Positions 46,711 to 59,241 of a stretch of DNA of 64,000 nt are shown here, in pieces. The stretch covers positions 147,001 to 211,000 of the forward strand of contig CBFFSA010000020.1 of NCBI GenBank assembly GCA_965644495.1, written 5' to 3'. Origin of the DNA: Perkinsela sp. CCAP 1560/9 (Eukaryota > Protista > Euglenozoa: Kinetoplastea). Position 1 is the first letter of the stretch, and each line of letters opens with the position of its first letter. The position numbers and the translations under genes are program-made. The notes under the pieces were generated by a model that was given only the letters and a program-made list of their open reading frames with translations, had not been told where the DNA came from and did not search any database.

Positions 46711-47206
46711 TACTGATTCTTCGTCTGTATAAAATTTTGTTTTGTCATGCACTTGTAGTGCAGAGGTAAGCCCCAGTGTCTTTACCCGCATACGACGGGT
46801 GGATCACGCGAGGGTTCGTCTTCGCCTGTGGTAAGTGGGTGCAGAGAGATCGGTTGTCATGTGCGGGTGCAGAGAGCTGCGACAGAGCCGAGGTGCAGAG
46901 AGCCGGGAGGCTCGTGGGCGGAAGACACGTCTAGTGGTCCTCAAGGGAGGCCACCGTGACGCATTACCTCCTCGGAAAGGCGGGCACGGGAGAAAGAGAA
47001 GCCGAGAGAGGGAAGCACACTCACTCCAGGGGAGTGAGTCGGGAAGGGGTGAAGGGGTGGAAGCGCGTCCCCTGCTTCAACAATAGAGAGGGACAGTTTC
47101 GGCCTTAGTGCCGGCCGGCAACGGGCATAAAAATACAGTAACAGTATGCCCGTTGCCGGGGAAAGAAAGGATGAACTAAGGAAAAAGGACGAACAAGGTA
47201 CAGAAA
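46711..47206 (-). mobile_element. SL-headed non-coding SINE-like retroposon with 18-bp TSD
   Basis: CGGAAGTATAAAGGGAGG at 46693-46710 and 47207-47224; SL remnant at 47192-47207; homologous to ~62000-62556. Confidence 0.85.
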
Positions 47207-47279
47207 CGGAAGTATAAAGGGAGGGGAGACAGTACGTTTGAAATTAGTATGCCTAGAACTTACGGTTTTGTTTTACACC

Positions 47280-50200
47280 ATGTTTTATACCTTTCTAGCA
47301 GCGGATGTTCCAGAGTCGCGTGTCATAGCTCGCGCAGCCAAAGTGAGCGCGACGAATCTTCCGTCAGAATACGATCTTGTGCGACTGGTGCGTAACATTG
47401 AGAATCCACATACCTCGTGGAGTACATCAACCCCGGCTTGCGAGTGGGATGGCGTGTCTTGTAACAAAGAGGCTGAGATAACGGGGATTAATTGGCCCTC
47501 AAGAAAACTAACCGGTGAGCTAAGCTTTAGTTATCTACCGAAAACACTGCATACTTTGTACGCTTATGTAAACAAGCTTTCCGGTGAATTGCAATTTGAT
47601 ACGTTTCCTGTTACATGTATGATGCGTACGTTAAGTCTTCGGGACAATGAGTTAAGTGGACCATTGGACTTAACGGCTCTTCCTCCAAAACTGAAGACGT
47701 TAATACTCTCTGGGAACCAATTTACGGGTGACGTTTGTTTGACGAAATTGCCGTCATGTTATGATTATCATGCAGTAAACTGCAGAGATTAAAACAGAAG
47801 AAGATCGGGTGTATCCCTTTAGTGCGCCCAAAACGCACTTCTTCTTCTGACATGCCCACCTCATTGGAAGCTTGGCATATACCAGTTGGGGTTCTCCCGT
47901 TGTTGGTATATGTGGAAACTTCCTAGTAGTGCTCGCTGCACTAGTTTTTCCCTACACTTGGAGGCTTCAGCCTTAGTTCCAAAGAGGGAGTTTATCGCAC
48001 GTGCGGAGGAGTTCAGCTTTCCTCTCGCACCAACTTCAAAAACCAGGAGAAAGGTCGACGGATTCGCTAGCCTGCGCTGCGTGTAAAGATGTGTGTACTT
48101 ACGAACCTTCCGTTCGTGGGCGTATTCCAAGTTCTCTTCCCATGGGGATGTAAGTTCAATTATGTACTCGGACCCGTTGTGCAGCCGCACCCATCCATCT
48201 GGTCTCAGTTCAGTTCCGTGCGAGAGCCAGGGAGGAGAGTTGCGGTACAGGTCCACATCAAAGTGGTACGAGGATGTGGTGGGAGAGTTGGCAACAGCGT
48301 CTGCAAGGGCAAGTAGTATAAGATCATGGCGGTATGTATACCGTCCTTGCTCAAGGGACACTTTGCAGCCTGTTAAGATGTGGCGCGGGGTCTGGGTCGC
48401 TTCGCCACAAATTGGACATGTGACGTTCGTGTGTGACGATATGCCCCACCGGCGGAGAGAGGAACGCGTAGGAAGTGGAGTTTGAGTGAGCACGGATGCC
48501 GCGAAGCGAGAGAGGGAGGAGCTTTTGATATTACATAGGACAGAAGCGAAGTCTTTCGCTAGGTCGCTTTCTGTAGCCATTTGAAACCATTCGCAGGCTA
48601 TGGTGCTGCGGCGTTGTACTGACTCGATCAAGTGCCTTTCATGCTCATCGTTAATTGTTCTTCGGAGGTTATCGGGGTCACCCCGCATATCATAGAACCT
48701 CGCTGCGGGCCTCACATGTCCTGATGAGCGTCTACGTTGCTCGTTGGCTATCCTGTGTCGTAATGCGTACTGTACCGCTGGGTCACGAGATTTGGACATT
48801 TGCGAGATGGCTGTGGCCGTACACTGCAGCCAAAGCTTAGAGATGCTCATCATCCGCCAGCCGCGCTCAGAGTAGAAGAGTTCACTTGTGGCCGTTTTCG
48901 CAACGTTAAGTCATTTCCTGATTTGGTTTGTGGCCAACTTTTGGAGACGTAGGATATAGTTGAAAGTGATCCCTGTGTTCACAGTCAGGACGTACCGGAG
49001 ACGGGAAATTATTGCGTTATTGTAGATCCACATTTTCGCTGCTTGATCAAATGCGCTTTCCGTAATGTTTCCGAGCCACTTCCGCAACTTACATTGCAGG
49101 GTTTTGAATAGAACTTTTCCTTGTTGTGCCCCAGGAGCTAGCGTCATTCCGAGAAAGAGACTTCCCTTGTCACAGATATGTGGAATTACCTGCCCATCCG
49201 TGACTATGCGAGGGCGATGTGTCTTGTAACCTCCGTTGAGGACTGCCATGTGTTGCACTCGGCACTTCCCGACGTTCAGCCGGAGCCCCATAGTGGTGAG
49301 AACCCGGTGCAGAACGTTGGTCGCCCGCTGTAATTCGTCAGGGGTGCCCGCGACAAGGGTTAGGTCATCAGCAAACGCTTTTATGAAGGTTTCTCGCGTG
49401 TCCCATACAATACCATATTTTGGCAGGCTAGATCGGAGGTACCGAAGGACCACTTCCATTGCGATGAGAAAGAGAACAGGAGATAAGGTATCGCCTTGGA
49501 GAAAGCCACGTGTTATAGAGATATCTCCGGTCAATCCCTCTGCACACTTCACTTGCATGGAAGCTCCCGTGTACAGGGCTCGAACTGGTACAGGGCACCA
49601 ACTCTAACGTTGGTGGGAAGGCGAGCCCATTCCAGGGCAGAGAAGAGCACCTAGTGTGGGAGTGAACCAAAGGCATTCTTGAGGTCGTACTGTCCAAGGC
49701 AGTATTGGCGTTTGTGTTGCCGTTGGTGGTCAAGAAGTTCACAAAGCGCTTGGGTATGTTCGATACAGCCATTCACACCAGGCAGGAATCCCTTCTGGAT
49801 TGTAGTATCTATTACTCCCGATCCTGTGACATGTTCCTGAATCCGGTGGCTGACAATGCTGTGGAAGAGTTTCCCGAGACAGCTCGTAAGGCTTATGGGC
49901 CGCCAGTTGGAAACGTTCTGCGTAGGGCCACTTTTATGCACAAGAAGGGTAACCGCTTTCTTCCAGTTGTCGGGACAGACCCCAAATTTGAAGAGGTCGT
50001 TAAACGATTGGGGTAAGAAAGGGTGTAGCGCGGGGCAGCGCTTTAGCAGCGCATTGCTAACGGTGTCAGAGCCTGGTGCCGCTGTATGGCGCTTCGATGA
50101 TACAGCGGCTGCGATCGTGGCGCTATCTATTGCTTCCCATGTCATGTCTCTATCCGCCTGGGGGCCCAGAAGCTCTGTTGGAGGAAGTCCACATTCTTGA

Positions 50201-52957
50201 GTTGTTTCCATAGAGCCCCTGAAATAGGACTCTACTTCGGCGGGGGCGATGTCTGGATGCTTCCCATTACGTTGCTGTGCTTCTTTTTCGTGGTTATCAA
50301 TACATTCACTACCTGCCGTCCAGGGATTCCTTTGAAATCTTGTGTGGGCCCAGCGCTGAGCCATCTCCAGTCGCTGCGCTTCTCCTTCTGCCATGTAGAC
50401 CTTCTGAAGTTTTACAGCCTCTTTCAGTTGACCCTTGACGTGGTTCCGCTCGGCCCGTCCGTGGGTATATCGCAATGTTGCTTTCAGTTGTCGAACGTGA
50501 GTTTCAAGCTGCTTGGCCGAGCGCTCCGCTGCCAGGGGGCGTGTTCTGCGACGGTTGTGACGCGCGTTTGTTCTAATACGGAATCCCCCGGTTGGATCTG
50601 CCTCGCTGGCCACCTCGTATGCCGACACCGCGAGACATGCCGTGAGTAGTTCTGCTTGTGCGGTAGCCTCGTCGGCACTCTCTGCGGGACTCAGAAATTT
50701 GGTACATCTTTCCAGTGCCTTTTCCTCCGTGCGCTGCCACTGTGCAGAGGAAAGATGTATCATGATGCGGCCTCCTTCTATGGTGCGTAGTGTGGATAGA
50801 AGAGTTCCGGGTGTATCCTGCACGTTCTCCAATCGGGACGTTGCGGCCCTCGATCGGTTCGCATTAGCCATCAGAGAGCGGGAAGATCGAAGCAGTGGCG
50901 GTTCAGGCTGGTTCTCAGGGTTCCTTATCAATTGGGGTGAGTTGGGAGTTGGTTGATCGTTCTCATCCCCCGACGAGATCGAGTTTCTCTGACCGGTGGA
51001 TCGCGTCTGGCTGCTTGAGGTCGTCGATGTGGTTGTCGGCGTGGTGGTTGGTGTCTCTTCCTTGGATTGGTTGAGGCGAGAGTTTTGACTTCTGGAAATA
51101 CTGATGTTTTGCACGGATCCGTCGGGGTTGATCTGTCTCTCTGCTGGGGGTCGTGACCCTAGGAATAGACTTCGAAGACTCCAGATGACGATTCAGCGGA
51201 TGAGGGCCGCGCGGAAACTAGTACTCCTTCTTTGCAGCACTTGTGTAGGCATCGGGCTTTGTCCTGGCATTTATGCAGACACGGTCGTCTATTGACTTGT
51301 ACCTCATTGCTAAGGGCAGGTGTGGAGTTGTTGGGAATCGGCAGCGGATCGGGAAGTGCTGTGACATGAGGGTTACTGTCTTCTAGTGGGGCATTTGCTG
51401 CATGGGTCTCGGTTGTCACGTTGTCAGAGAGCTGCGCTCGCTCATTTTATGAGGTCCACGGTATGAGACTCCTCAGGGACCAACGGGCTGCAGAGGGGCG
51501 CGTTTTCGAGGCTCTATCGCTGTCGTAGTCGTGCGCACGCCTGGTTTCACGGCTCTGGTACGCACGGGGTTCATGTAGTGCTGATTGGACGGTTCGGGTG
51601 CTCCGCTCGTCAAGGGAGGGTGTGAGAGGAGTTGCCGTTGCTGGGTGAGGATCCCGTTCTGGGTGAGGACGAGGGGAGATGGGGACTCCCACCTTGCAGC
51701 ATCGATGTTTGCAATTCGCTTTATCTCGGCATATGTGCTTGCAGGGCCGATGCGTCACCGAGGTGGGAGGGCTGCTTGGCGTGGAGGGAAGTGGTGCTGG
51801 AGTGAGATTTTCTGCATGCAGCTCGCTAGAGGAGTCAGTTGTGGTTGGTACCTGCATAGCTGCGCTTACGGGTTCAGGTAAATGAGGATTTCCGCTTTCC
51901 GGGTCGGTGATTTTGCAGCAGGGATGTTTGCATCTCATTTTATTGAAGCAACGGCGTGCGCAAGGTTCGGTGCGTGCTGATGTAGGGGCCGGTTCTGCGG
52001 GGGTGTTCCGTGTGGGGAGGATTCGGTAGGGTTCGTCAAATCGGATTTTCGGCTTGGTCCACCCGATATCTGCATCTTGTTGCGGCTCAGGGGAGACATG
52101 TGATATTGCGAAGCGGGCCAGTGAGGGTATTACACGTCCGTTGAGTCGTTTTTGTATGGCCCGTCCTAGGGATCCCGCTGAGGAATAATCCTGGTCGAGC
52201 TTCATGTCTTTGTCATTATACGCTGAGGCCCAGCTTGTGTGTCGGTAGGTCGAATATGGCGCCGAAGTTTCGCGGAAGAGGAAGAAATCGCATGCTTTGT
52301 GGTCCATAACGTCGTTCAAAGTGCATCTTTGGACCACGATTCCGTCGGAGCGCTTCGCTCCTGATGAGAGAGTTCGTGCGAGGGAAAGCTCCGCTGTGAT
52401 TTCCGCTTGGAAATGGTCCTTCTCAGTTAGGAATAAGGCTGCCGCGTGCGTGTCGGGGAAGTAAAGCCAGTGTGGAGACTCCGAGTTTCTGAGACGTAGG
52501 GATACTGCCCGATTCTGGGTGAGGCGGAAGCTTTTCTCTCGAGGTGGGGGCGCGCTGGCAGATCCTCGAGGGAGGTCGCCTGGCGCTAGGGGGGCGGGGT
52601 AGGAGGGTGAAGTGTCATGCCCCAATGGGGGAAAGTAACAGTTAGTACGAAATTGAAAATAATTCAACAAGGTACAGAAACTGTATCTTTATAGAGCTCA
52701 TAAATCTTTGTCTTGGTAGGAACAAGCTATCCGGAGAACTTTGCCTTAGTGAACTACCAAAAGTCCTTATGCTCCGACTTGAAAACAATAATTTTTACGG
52801 AAATATTGACCTAACAGGAGTTCCACCTTCATTGGGAGACCTTCATTTGTCCAACAATGTGAATCTATTTGGCGAAATAGAAGAGCGTCTTCTTTCCGAA
52901 AAACTTCGCAAAGGCCTGAAGATTGAAAACACGAACATTACGCTTTTGACCACCTAG
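47280..52957 (+). pseudogene. LRR gene (near-identical paralog of 41584-42324) split by a LINE between 47756 and 52693
   Basis: ..TKLPS | ELINLCLGRN.. rejoins in frame. Confidence 0.92.
47757..52692 (-). mobile_element. Full-length SL-headed RLE-type LINE with stops and frameshifts
   Basis: SL 28-mer at 52665-52692; three Cys/His fingers; NWRPISL, LQGDTLSP, AFADD, CPICG..HILTGC, RPDG..IIELT; insertion with 0-1 bp overlap. Confidence 0.92.
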
Positions 52958-53180
52958 TTTCTGTTTTAAAATCATGAAGTAGACAGCTCTACAGAGAAGG
53001 ACGTTATAGAGAGCGGTTGCTTCAGTAAAAAAAAGTTCCTAAACGTGTTATTTTTTTCGGGTTGAGCGTTATAATTTGGAACGCTGAACCTGTCGTTTAT
53101 AATAGAGGACATTCTGGCTTAATATTGCTACGCGTGTCACGAGTCAAATATTGTGTCATTTTTAGACCACCTACTACTGT

Positions 53181-54026
53181 ATGTTAACACTTAGTATTCA
53201 TCTGGCTGATACGCAGCCATTGCGGCTTAAACAACAGAGAAAGGAATCCAACACTGCATTGCCGTTAGGAGGAGATAACACATTAGAAGATAAAATACCT
53301 GTTGTCCGCACGGGTAAGGTACGAGGATCGGAATTACCACAAGAATATGAACTGGCACGACTTATTGCGAATATTGAGAATCCACGTTCCTCTTGGAATG
53401 TTTCAACCGCGGCGTGTGAGTGGAAAGGTGTGACTTGTGATGAACACTCACGCGTCACAAATATTGAATGGAAGACCCCTGCGCTAGATTCTGATCTGGG
53501 AACTATGGAAGCACTTTTAGAGGGAACGCTGCAATGGGAATATTTGCCCCCCACTTTGCTTTATTGCATTGTTATGAATAATCAACTGTCAGGAACGGTA
53601 CCGCTTGATTCACTGCAGCCGAAGCTGATATACTTTGTCGTAAGCTATAATGTGTTTAGCGGTGAATTGAATTTGAAACATTTGCCACAGACCTTAGAAA
53701 GGCTTTATCTCGACCATAACGAGTTTGTCGGACCTGTGGATTTGACTCATTGGCCACCGAATTTAGTTTTGGTTAGCGTCTCGAATAACCACCTTTCAGG
53801 GAGGATTGATCTGTCTTGTTTGCCTGACTCTTTGATACAGGTACTTTTGGCGGACAACATGTTTAAAGACTTCGTGACATTCGACAAAATTCCTTCAGGC
53901 CTAAAATACTTAGGCCTCAAGAACAACGGAAAGCTTTGTGGTGAGATTGATCTGTGTTTTTTTAAGAGACGAGGCCAAACGATAAGCTTTTCAGGGACTA
54001 AGATTAAAAGGAAGCAGTTTGATTGA
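53181..54026 (+). CDS. Leucine-rich repeat protein (intact, 281 aa)
   Basis: GKVRGSELPQEYEL..SWNVSTAACEWKGVTC plus LRRs. Confidence 0.9.
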   Translation: MLTLSIHLADTQPLRLKQQRKESNTALPLGGDNTLEDKIPVVRTGKVRGSELPQEYELARLIANIENPRSSWNVSTAACEWKGVTCDEHSRVTNIEWKTPALDSDLGTMEALLEGTLQWEYLPPTLLYCIVMNNQLSGTVPLDSLQPKLIYFVVSYNVFSGELNLKHLPQTLERLYLDHNEFVGPVDLTHWPPNLVLVSVSNNHLSGRIDLSCLPDSLIQVLLADNMFKDFVTFDKIPSGLKYLGLKNNGKLCGEIDLCFFKRRGQTISFSGTKIKRKQFD

Positions 54027-54066
54027 CAGGAAAAGAGATTGATTTATACTGTGCCCCCCCCACTTA

Positions 54067-55604
54067 CAGGGGTGCGAATCTAAAGGTGGGGGGGTCTAAA
54101 ATTCGTAAAAGTTGTCCAATTTTGGAAAATAATAGCGCATTGGATAGCTCTCACAGAGTTGTATGTTTTAGGATAGGTAGCATCCGGGGTTTGGGGGGTA
54201 CCCCCCTTTCATGTAAGGGTCAAAAACACATATTGCAATACTTTAGTGATGTCAATAATTTCTGTAATTTGGATTGCAAAAGACAATTAGTAACCACAGT
54301 GCCCCCCGTTCCCACTAATAACAATTTCACAACGCTTCCTGAAACTCTTCAACGTTTTCTGAACCGTTGCAGAGTGGGCCTGTTTCAATTTAAGGAAAGA
54401 CCCCTCAATGGCGGCTTCCAGTTGCTGTCGATTTCGGGGTCGAAGAAGATTTTTGTCTGTGTCCATCACAGACCACAAATTTTCGATCTGATTCAGGTCT
54501 GGAGATTTTGCAGGCCAGGGGAGAACGGAAATTCCTGTATCACGGAACGTGGCACGCGCCTTGTTGTGGGCCGGGCAGTTGTCCATGGCAATCGTGGCCG
54601 CTGGATGTCGCTTTAAATATTGAAGAAAGCCCCGTGGCTTTTTCATAGCCTGATCAAAAATTTCACCCGTAACGGTGAGTTTCTGGCCTTCTGAATTTTG
54701 AGGAGGGAAAATGTGGAGATGGAAGCCGTGTTTGAGGCTCACACCCATCCAAACCATAATCCCATTTCCGCCGTACCATGATTCTAGCTCGCCTCGTTGT
54801 TCCTTATGGGGGTCCGTCCTCCGACAAAGGTAAGTTCGCCCGGAACACCCACGACCGCAAGTAAACTTCTTTTCGTCACAATAAACAAAATGAAGGAGAT
54901 GAGCGTCGCTCTTCTCGAGCATCGCCTTACAAAATTGCAACCGTTTCTCCTTGTGTTCGAGTGTGAGTGATGGTCGTCGCCGAAGAGTGCGGAGCACAAC
55001 GCCTTGCTTCTTCAATGTGTCGACTAGGGTCCGTCGATTGCAGGTGAATCCTTGGCTACGGATCTCTCGCAGAAGATCGCTCCAGCTCTCTACGCCGTAA
55101 ACAAGGTCGCAATACCCCTCGTCGACAAGCTTGAGAGCCACATCCAGGAACGCAGGGGTAACCACCGTCGAGACACGCTCTCGGGATGCCTTCAACACGT
55201 CACCCGTAAGGGTAAAACGTTCAACCCAACGTTTTACAGTGTTCTCATGAACACCAAAGTGCTGCGCCGTAGCGGAGTACGATCCTGTGCGCTCGTATTC
55301 CGCCACCAAAAGCATGCGGTGACTCTCTTTGACGGGGGCGGGGGAAGAATACGATCTATCGCTCAGTACTCCACGGGAAGTCTTCGAGCGAGCGCGCTTT
55401 TGGGGCATTTTCTAGTAAAAAATGTAATTCCTGCGAGGGAAAAAAGCGAAATGTTGTATCAAAAAATATGTACGTTAAAATCACAGGATTTTAATGCGCC
55501 TAAAACATACAACTCTGTGAGAGCTATCCAATGCGCTATTATTTTCCAAAATTGGACAACTTTTACGAATTTTAGACCCCCCCACCTTTAGACCCGCACC
55601 CCTG
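54067..55604 (-). mobile_element. Tc1-like transposon with ~105-bp TIRs and TA duplication
   Basis: CAGGGGTGCG..TAAAGGTGGGGGGGTCTAAAATTCG at both ends; TA at 54065-54066 and 55605-55606. Confidence 0.93.
54287..55408 (-). CDS. Tc1/IS630-type transposase, intact 373 aa
   Basis: HTH TAQHFGVHENTVKRW; CDEKKF; MDNCPAH; WPAKSPDLNQIENLW. Confidence 0.92.
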   Translation of the reverse strand: MPQKRARSKTSRGVLSDRSYSSPAPVKESHRMLLVAEYERTGSYSATAQHFGVHENTVKRWVERFTLTGDVLKASRERVSTVVTPAFLDVALKLVDEGYCDLVYGVESWSDLLREIRSQGFTCNRRTLVDTLKKQGVVLRTLRRRPSLTLEHKEKRLQFCKAMLEKSDAHLLHFVYCDEKKFTCGRGCSGRTYLCRRTDPHKEQRGELESWYGGNGIMVWMGVSLKHGFHLHIFPPQNSEGQKLTVTGEIFDQAMKKPRGFLQYLKRHPAATIAMDNCPAHNKARATFRDTGISVLPWPAKSPDLNQIENLWSVMDTDKNLLRPRNRQQLEAAIEGSFLKLKQAHSATVQKTLKSFRKRCEIVISGNGGHCGY

Positions 55605-55741
55605 TATAGTGCCGCGGGGTACCCCCCCCCACTTATAGTGCCGTTTAGAAGAAAACAAATTGTCCGCAAAAAAATTGATCAATTCTTTTTTTTACAAAAA
55701 AGGTAGAGTAAATGTAGCGTAAATTTCTAATATTTTCTTTT

Positions 55742-57905
55742 ATGGAAATCATTGAAACTTTATTGATAGTTCCCTTTATCCTTTCAATGACTGTCGATTC
55801 GAACGAGAACGAGCCGCTAGACAAAGCGCACACTCGTGGATCGGCGATTTCAGGTCCTTTGGGACGCTGGTTTACGGTGATTCCGCCAGCGCCGAGAATT
55901 GGTCCCCAAGTGGCCAGCCGTCGTCCCCCCAACACACTTGATTCTCTTCCGATGAGCACACCTAGAACCTCTAGAGTGTGTTTGACTATGCAAGAGAAGT
56001 TGAATGTGTGTCTGAGCGAATTGGACACAAAAAAGCTGAGCGAAAAGTATCGGATCAGTTTAAGAACTGTCCGAAGTATTAAAAGCAACGGTGCCTCTTT
56101 TTATCAATCACGTATTAATCGTGGTCTCAAGGGAAGAAAGCGCCAGAGAGGCTTTAACAAAGAGCGGAAGGCAATTTTAAGGAAAGTGCACCTTAAATTG
56201 CTCCAAGAAATCAATGGTAAACATGCTGTAACGAAGGCATTTGTCTTTTCCGTTATGGAAACATACGGAATACAGCTTCAAGGCTTTGCCGATGAGACGA
56301 AGGAACGCATATACAAGCGCTTCAAGCGTCTTTTCGGGTGGACAAACCGAAGATTTGGACGTGTCCACTACGTGAGTCCTTCCGACGTGGGCTCGCGAAT
56401 ACGAGCTTGGGCACGGCACAAAATCAAGTCCGTTCATACGCGTATGTGATATTTGGGGATAAAACGTCTCTTCCGGTTGATGGTGAAAATACGGGAGTAA
56501 CATTGGCTCCCATAGGGCTTCGTAACGTGCAAGTCGTAACCACCAACGACAAGGAAAGTATAACTGTTTTTCTTTCCGGTGTTTACGATGTTCACAACAG
56601 AAAAGCTCTTCCCCTTCCTCCTACGGTACTGTTCAAGTCCAATGCAGAAGATGAAAAGTCCCGCATACTGTGAGACGCTCAACGTCATGTTGCTCGGACG
56701 CTCGACAACGCTTTGAAGGTGTACGTAACTTCGATTGGTTGGATGAACCGTCAAGTATTTGAAGAGATCATGCACGATCAAGCTTCCTTACTTGGAGGTT
56801 CGCAACCTGCGACAGCTCTTGTAGTGGATGAGTACACAGCCCATCGGGTTCATAGAATCCCCACTAATTGTGACTTCCACAGGATTCCTGGGGGCTGTAC
56901 TTATCTCATTCAAGTACACGATCTTCGGATTATTGTATTCTTCAAAAGCGAATACGAATTAGCCTTACGGCTCTGGCGCCTAAAAGCTGGTGATCACATA
57001 AAAGTGAATCGCCATGTAGTATTAGGGCTGATTAAGGTTGCCCATGAACTTACTTGGGCAAAATATGGCACCCAGATACAAAAAATATGCCAAACCCATC
57101 TCCTTGAGCCCATGACCAAATATCCGTTGAATTTGAACTCTAAGGATGAAACATCTGACTCAAGGCGAAAGCTGAAAAAGAGAGCCAAGGCATCTGTTCG
57201 AAACGAAAGCGGGGCGAAACCTAATAAGATACCAGTATCACCAGAAACCGGAAGACGATTAATGGCCTCTGCGTTGGCTTCACGTAAGAAACTTTTCGAA
57301 AAAAATGATCAATCAACAAAATTAAATAAGATCGATGTAGATGCTCTGCCATCAACTGAATAAAGGGGATCCTTGGACAACTCCTACAAAGGGGATCGAT
57401 GGAATGCTATCCGCCGCCGGGGCTCTCTTATCCCATGTGGACTTCTCGATATTTTATGCAACCGAGTAGTCGAAAAATACAATTCGACACAAACGGGTGT
57501 AAAGGTCGCACTGTGGAATGTGTGGCAAACACAGGCACTTCTTGGGTTTGGGACTGTCCCTGAACTCGATCCTGTGACGGAGTTGTACTATCTTCCTCAC
57601 GCTTGTATTACGAAGTTCACTTCGTACTTGTTCGGGTCTCTTCCAACACCCTTCTAGTCTTTGACAGTTTAAAACAACACGCTCCTCGTGCAGCAATGGA
57701 CAACTTAAATCGCTTTGTGGAAACCTTAAAATTATCGCACGAACGATATCATGGACTACAGGTCACATATGTTGATTGCGTGCAACAAGCTCCTGGAGAC
57801 AATGACTGTGCATTGCACGTCGTAAATAATTTATATATGAACCTCTTCTCCAGTGATACTCCAGTCATTAGTCAGAAAACTGCAAAGGAATCTTGGTATC
57901 CATAG
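55742..57905 (+). pseudogene. pogo transposase-Ulp1-like protease fusion, disabled
   Basis: LTMQEKLNV HTH; FGDKT, GWMN, VVDEYTAH, IPGGCT..QVHD; then HFVLV..VFDSL..QQAPGDNDCALHV. Confidence 0.75.
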
Positions 57906-58289
57906 GATTGATATGTTATATTAAAGCCCCAACTGTTCGGCTCGAGGGCATGACCGTTCAGCAGAAAAAAAGACCCAAGAAGCGACTCTAAAGTGGGCGG
58001 TCGTTAATAAAAAAAGAAAAACAACAAAAAAAGAATAAAAAAGAAAAACAACAAAAAAAGAATAAAAAAGAAAAACAAAAAAATAAAAAAAATAAAAAAA
58101 CAAGTTTGATACAGGATAAATGGGGAGGGCACCTCACCTATATCACAAGACGGACACGTATACATAAAGTGTTGTATGTATGTAATCTTTGAAATTATTC
58201 GTTTGACAGTCGTAAAAAGATTCTCTTTTTATGTTTGGCGATGGATTCCCCGATCGCATAGTTTACATTGATAATGTGGTTATGATAAG

Positions 58290-59241
58290 GCCTTAATATA
58301 AACCCCCGCTCACGAATAAGTGACCCCCCCCTTATTTTTAGCACAGGGGGGCGTCGGTGGGTTATCATATCACTTTTTCGTTCAAAATTTCGAGATCTGT
58401 ACGTTCCCGCTGTTTTTAGCTCATTTTAAAATTTTAAAATTTAGTCAAAAAACATAATTGGTTTTTCAACTTTTTTCCAAAAATGACCAAATCACCATAT
58501 CGGCTCCCAGAAGGGGGGCTTACGGATAGTGGTAAGGTTCTTTTGAAGATGAGACAGGCAGAAGGTGTTCCGATAAAACAATTATCCCGTGATTTTAACG
58601 TCTCTAGAAGGATAATCAAAAAATATCTGAACGAAAAAAAATCTAGCGGGGAATACACTTTGAGTACTGTGACCATCTATTACAAGTGAGACATCTACAA
58701 TGACACATCTATTACAAGTGAGACGTACATAGAAACATCAAAACATGTAGATTTCCCCCCTAATAGTGCATTTCAACAGGATGGGGCAACGGCACATACT
58801 GCCCGTGCCTCCAAAGAGTATATTGAGAATTGAATGAGTGATGTTCTAAGAAACTGGCCCCCCAACTCGTCCGACCTTTCCCCCATAGAAAACGTCTGGT
58901 CTATGGTCCAAGAGGCGGTAGACGAACAAACCCCATCGGACAAACCTTCACTTATCCGATGTGTACGTAAAGCATGGTCTTCTTTAACTCAAAAAGTGAT
59001 CGACAAAACAGTATTAAGTTTTGATTCTCGACTTAAGGGGTGTATAAGATTGAAGGGCGAAAAAGTGACAAAATGGTAAATCTTCTCTAAATTGTGCGTA
59101 TTCGTTTCTTTTTGTCTCATTTCTGCACGCGCAAAGTCCTTGTGTTGAGATCTGCAAAATGCAACAAAAAACAGCTCAAACTGACATTTGTACGAAAAAA
59201 AAGAGGGGGGTCACTTTTCGTGAGCGGGGGTTTAATAAGGC
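58290..59241 (+). mobile_element. Internally deleted Tc1-like element
   Basis: Inverted ends AAACCCCCGCTCACGAA..GTGACCCCCC; FQQDGATAH..WPPNSSDLSPIENVW with one stop; TSD not clear. Confidence 0.75.

Noticed and set aside
9670-48913. Stop-codon reassignment (TGA at Trp-homologous sites 9670-9672 and 48911-48913; TAG at 15735-15737)
   Set aside because: These occur only in copies that also have frameshifts or deletions. The intact 1528-aa ORF has no in-frame stops and LRR genes end in TGA/TAA, so TGG>TGA/TAG decay explains them.
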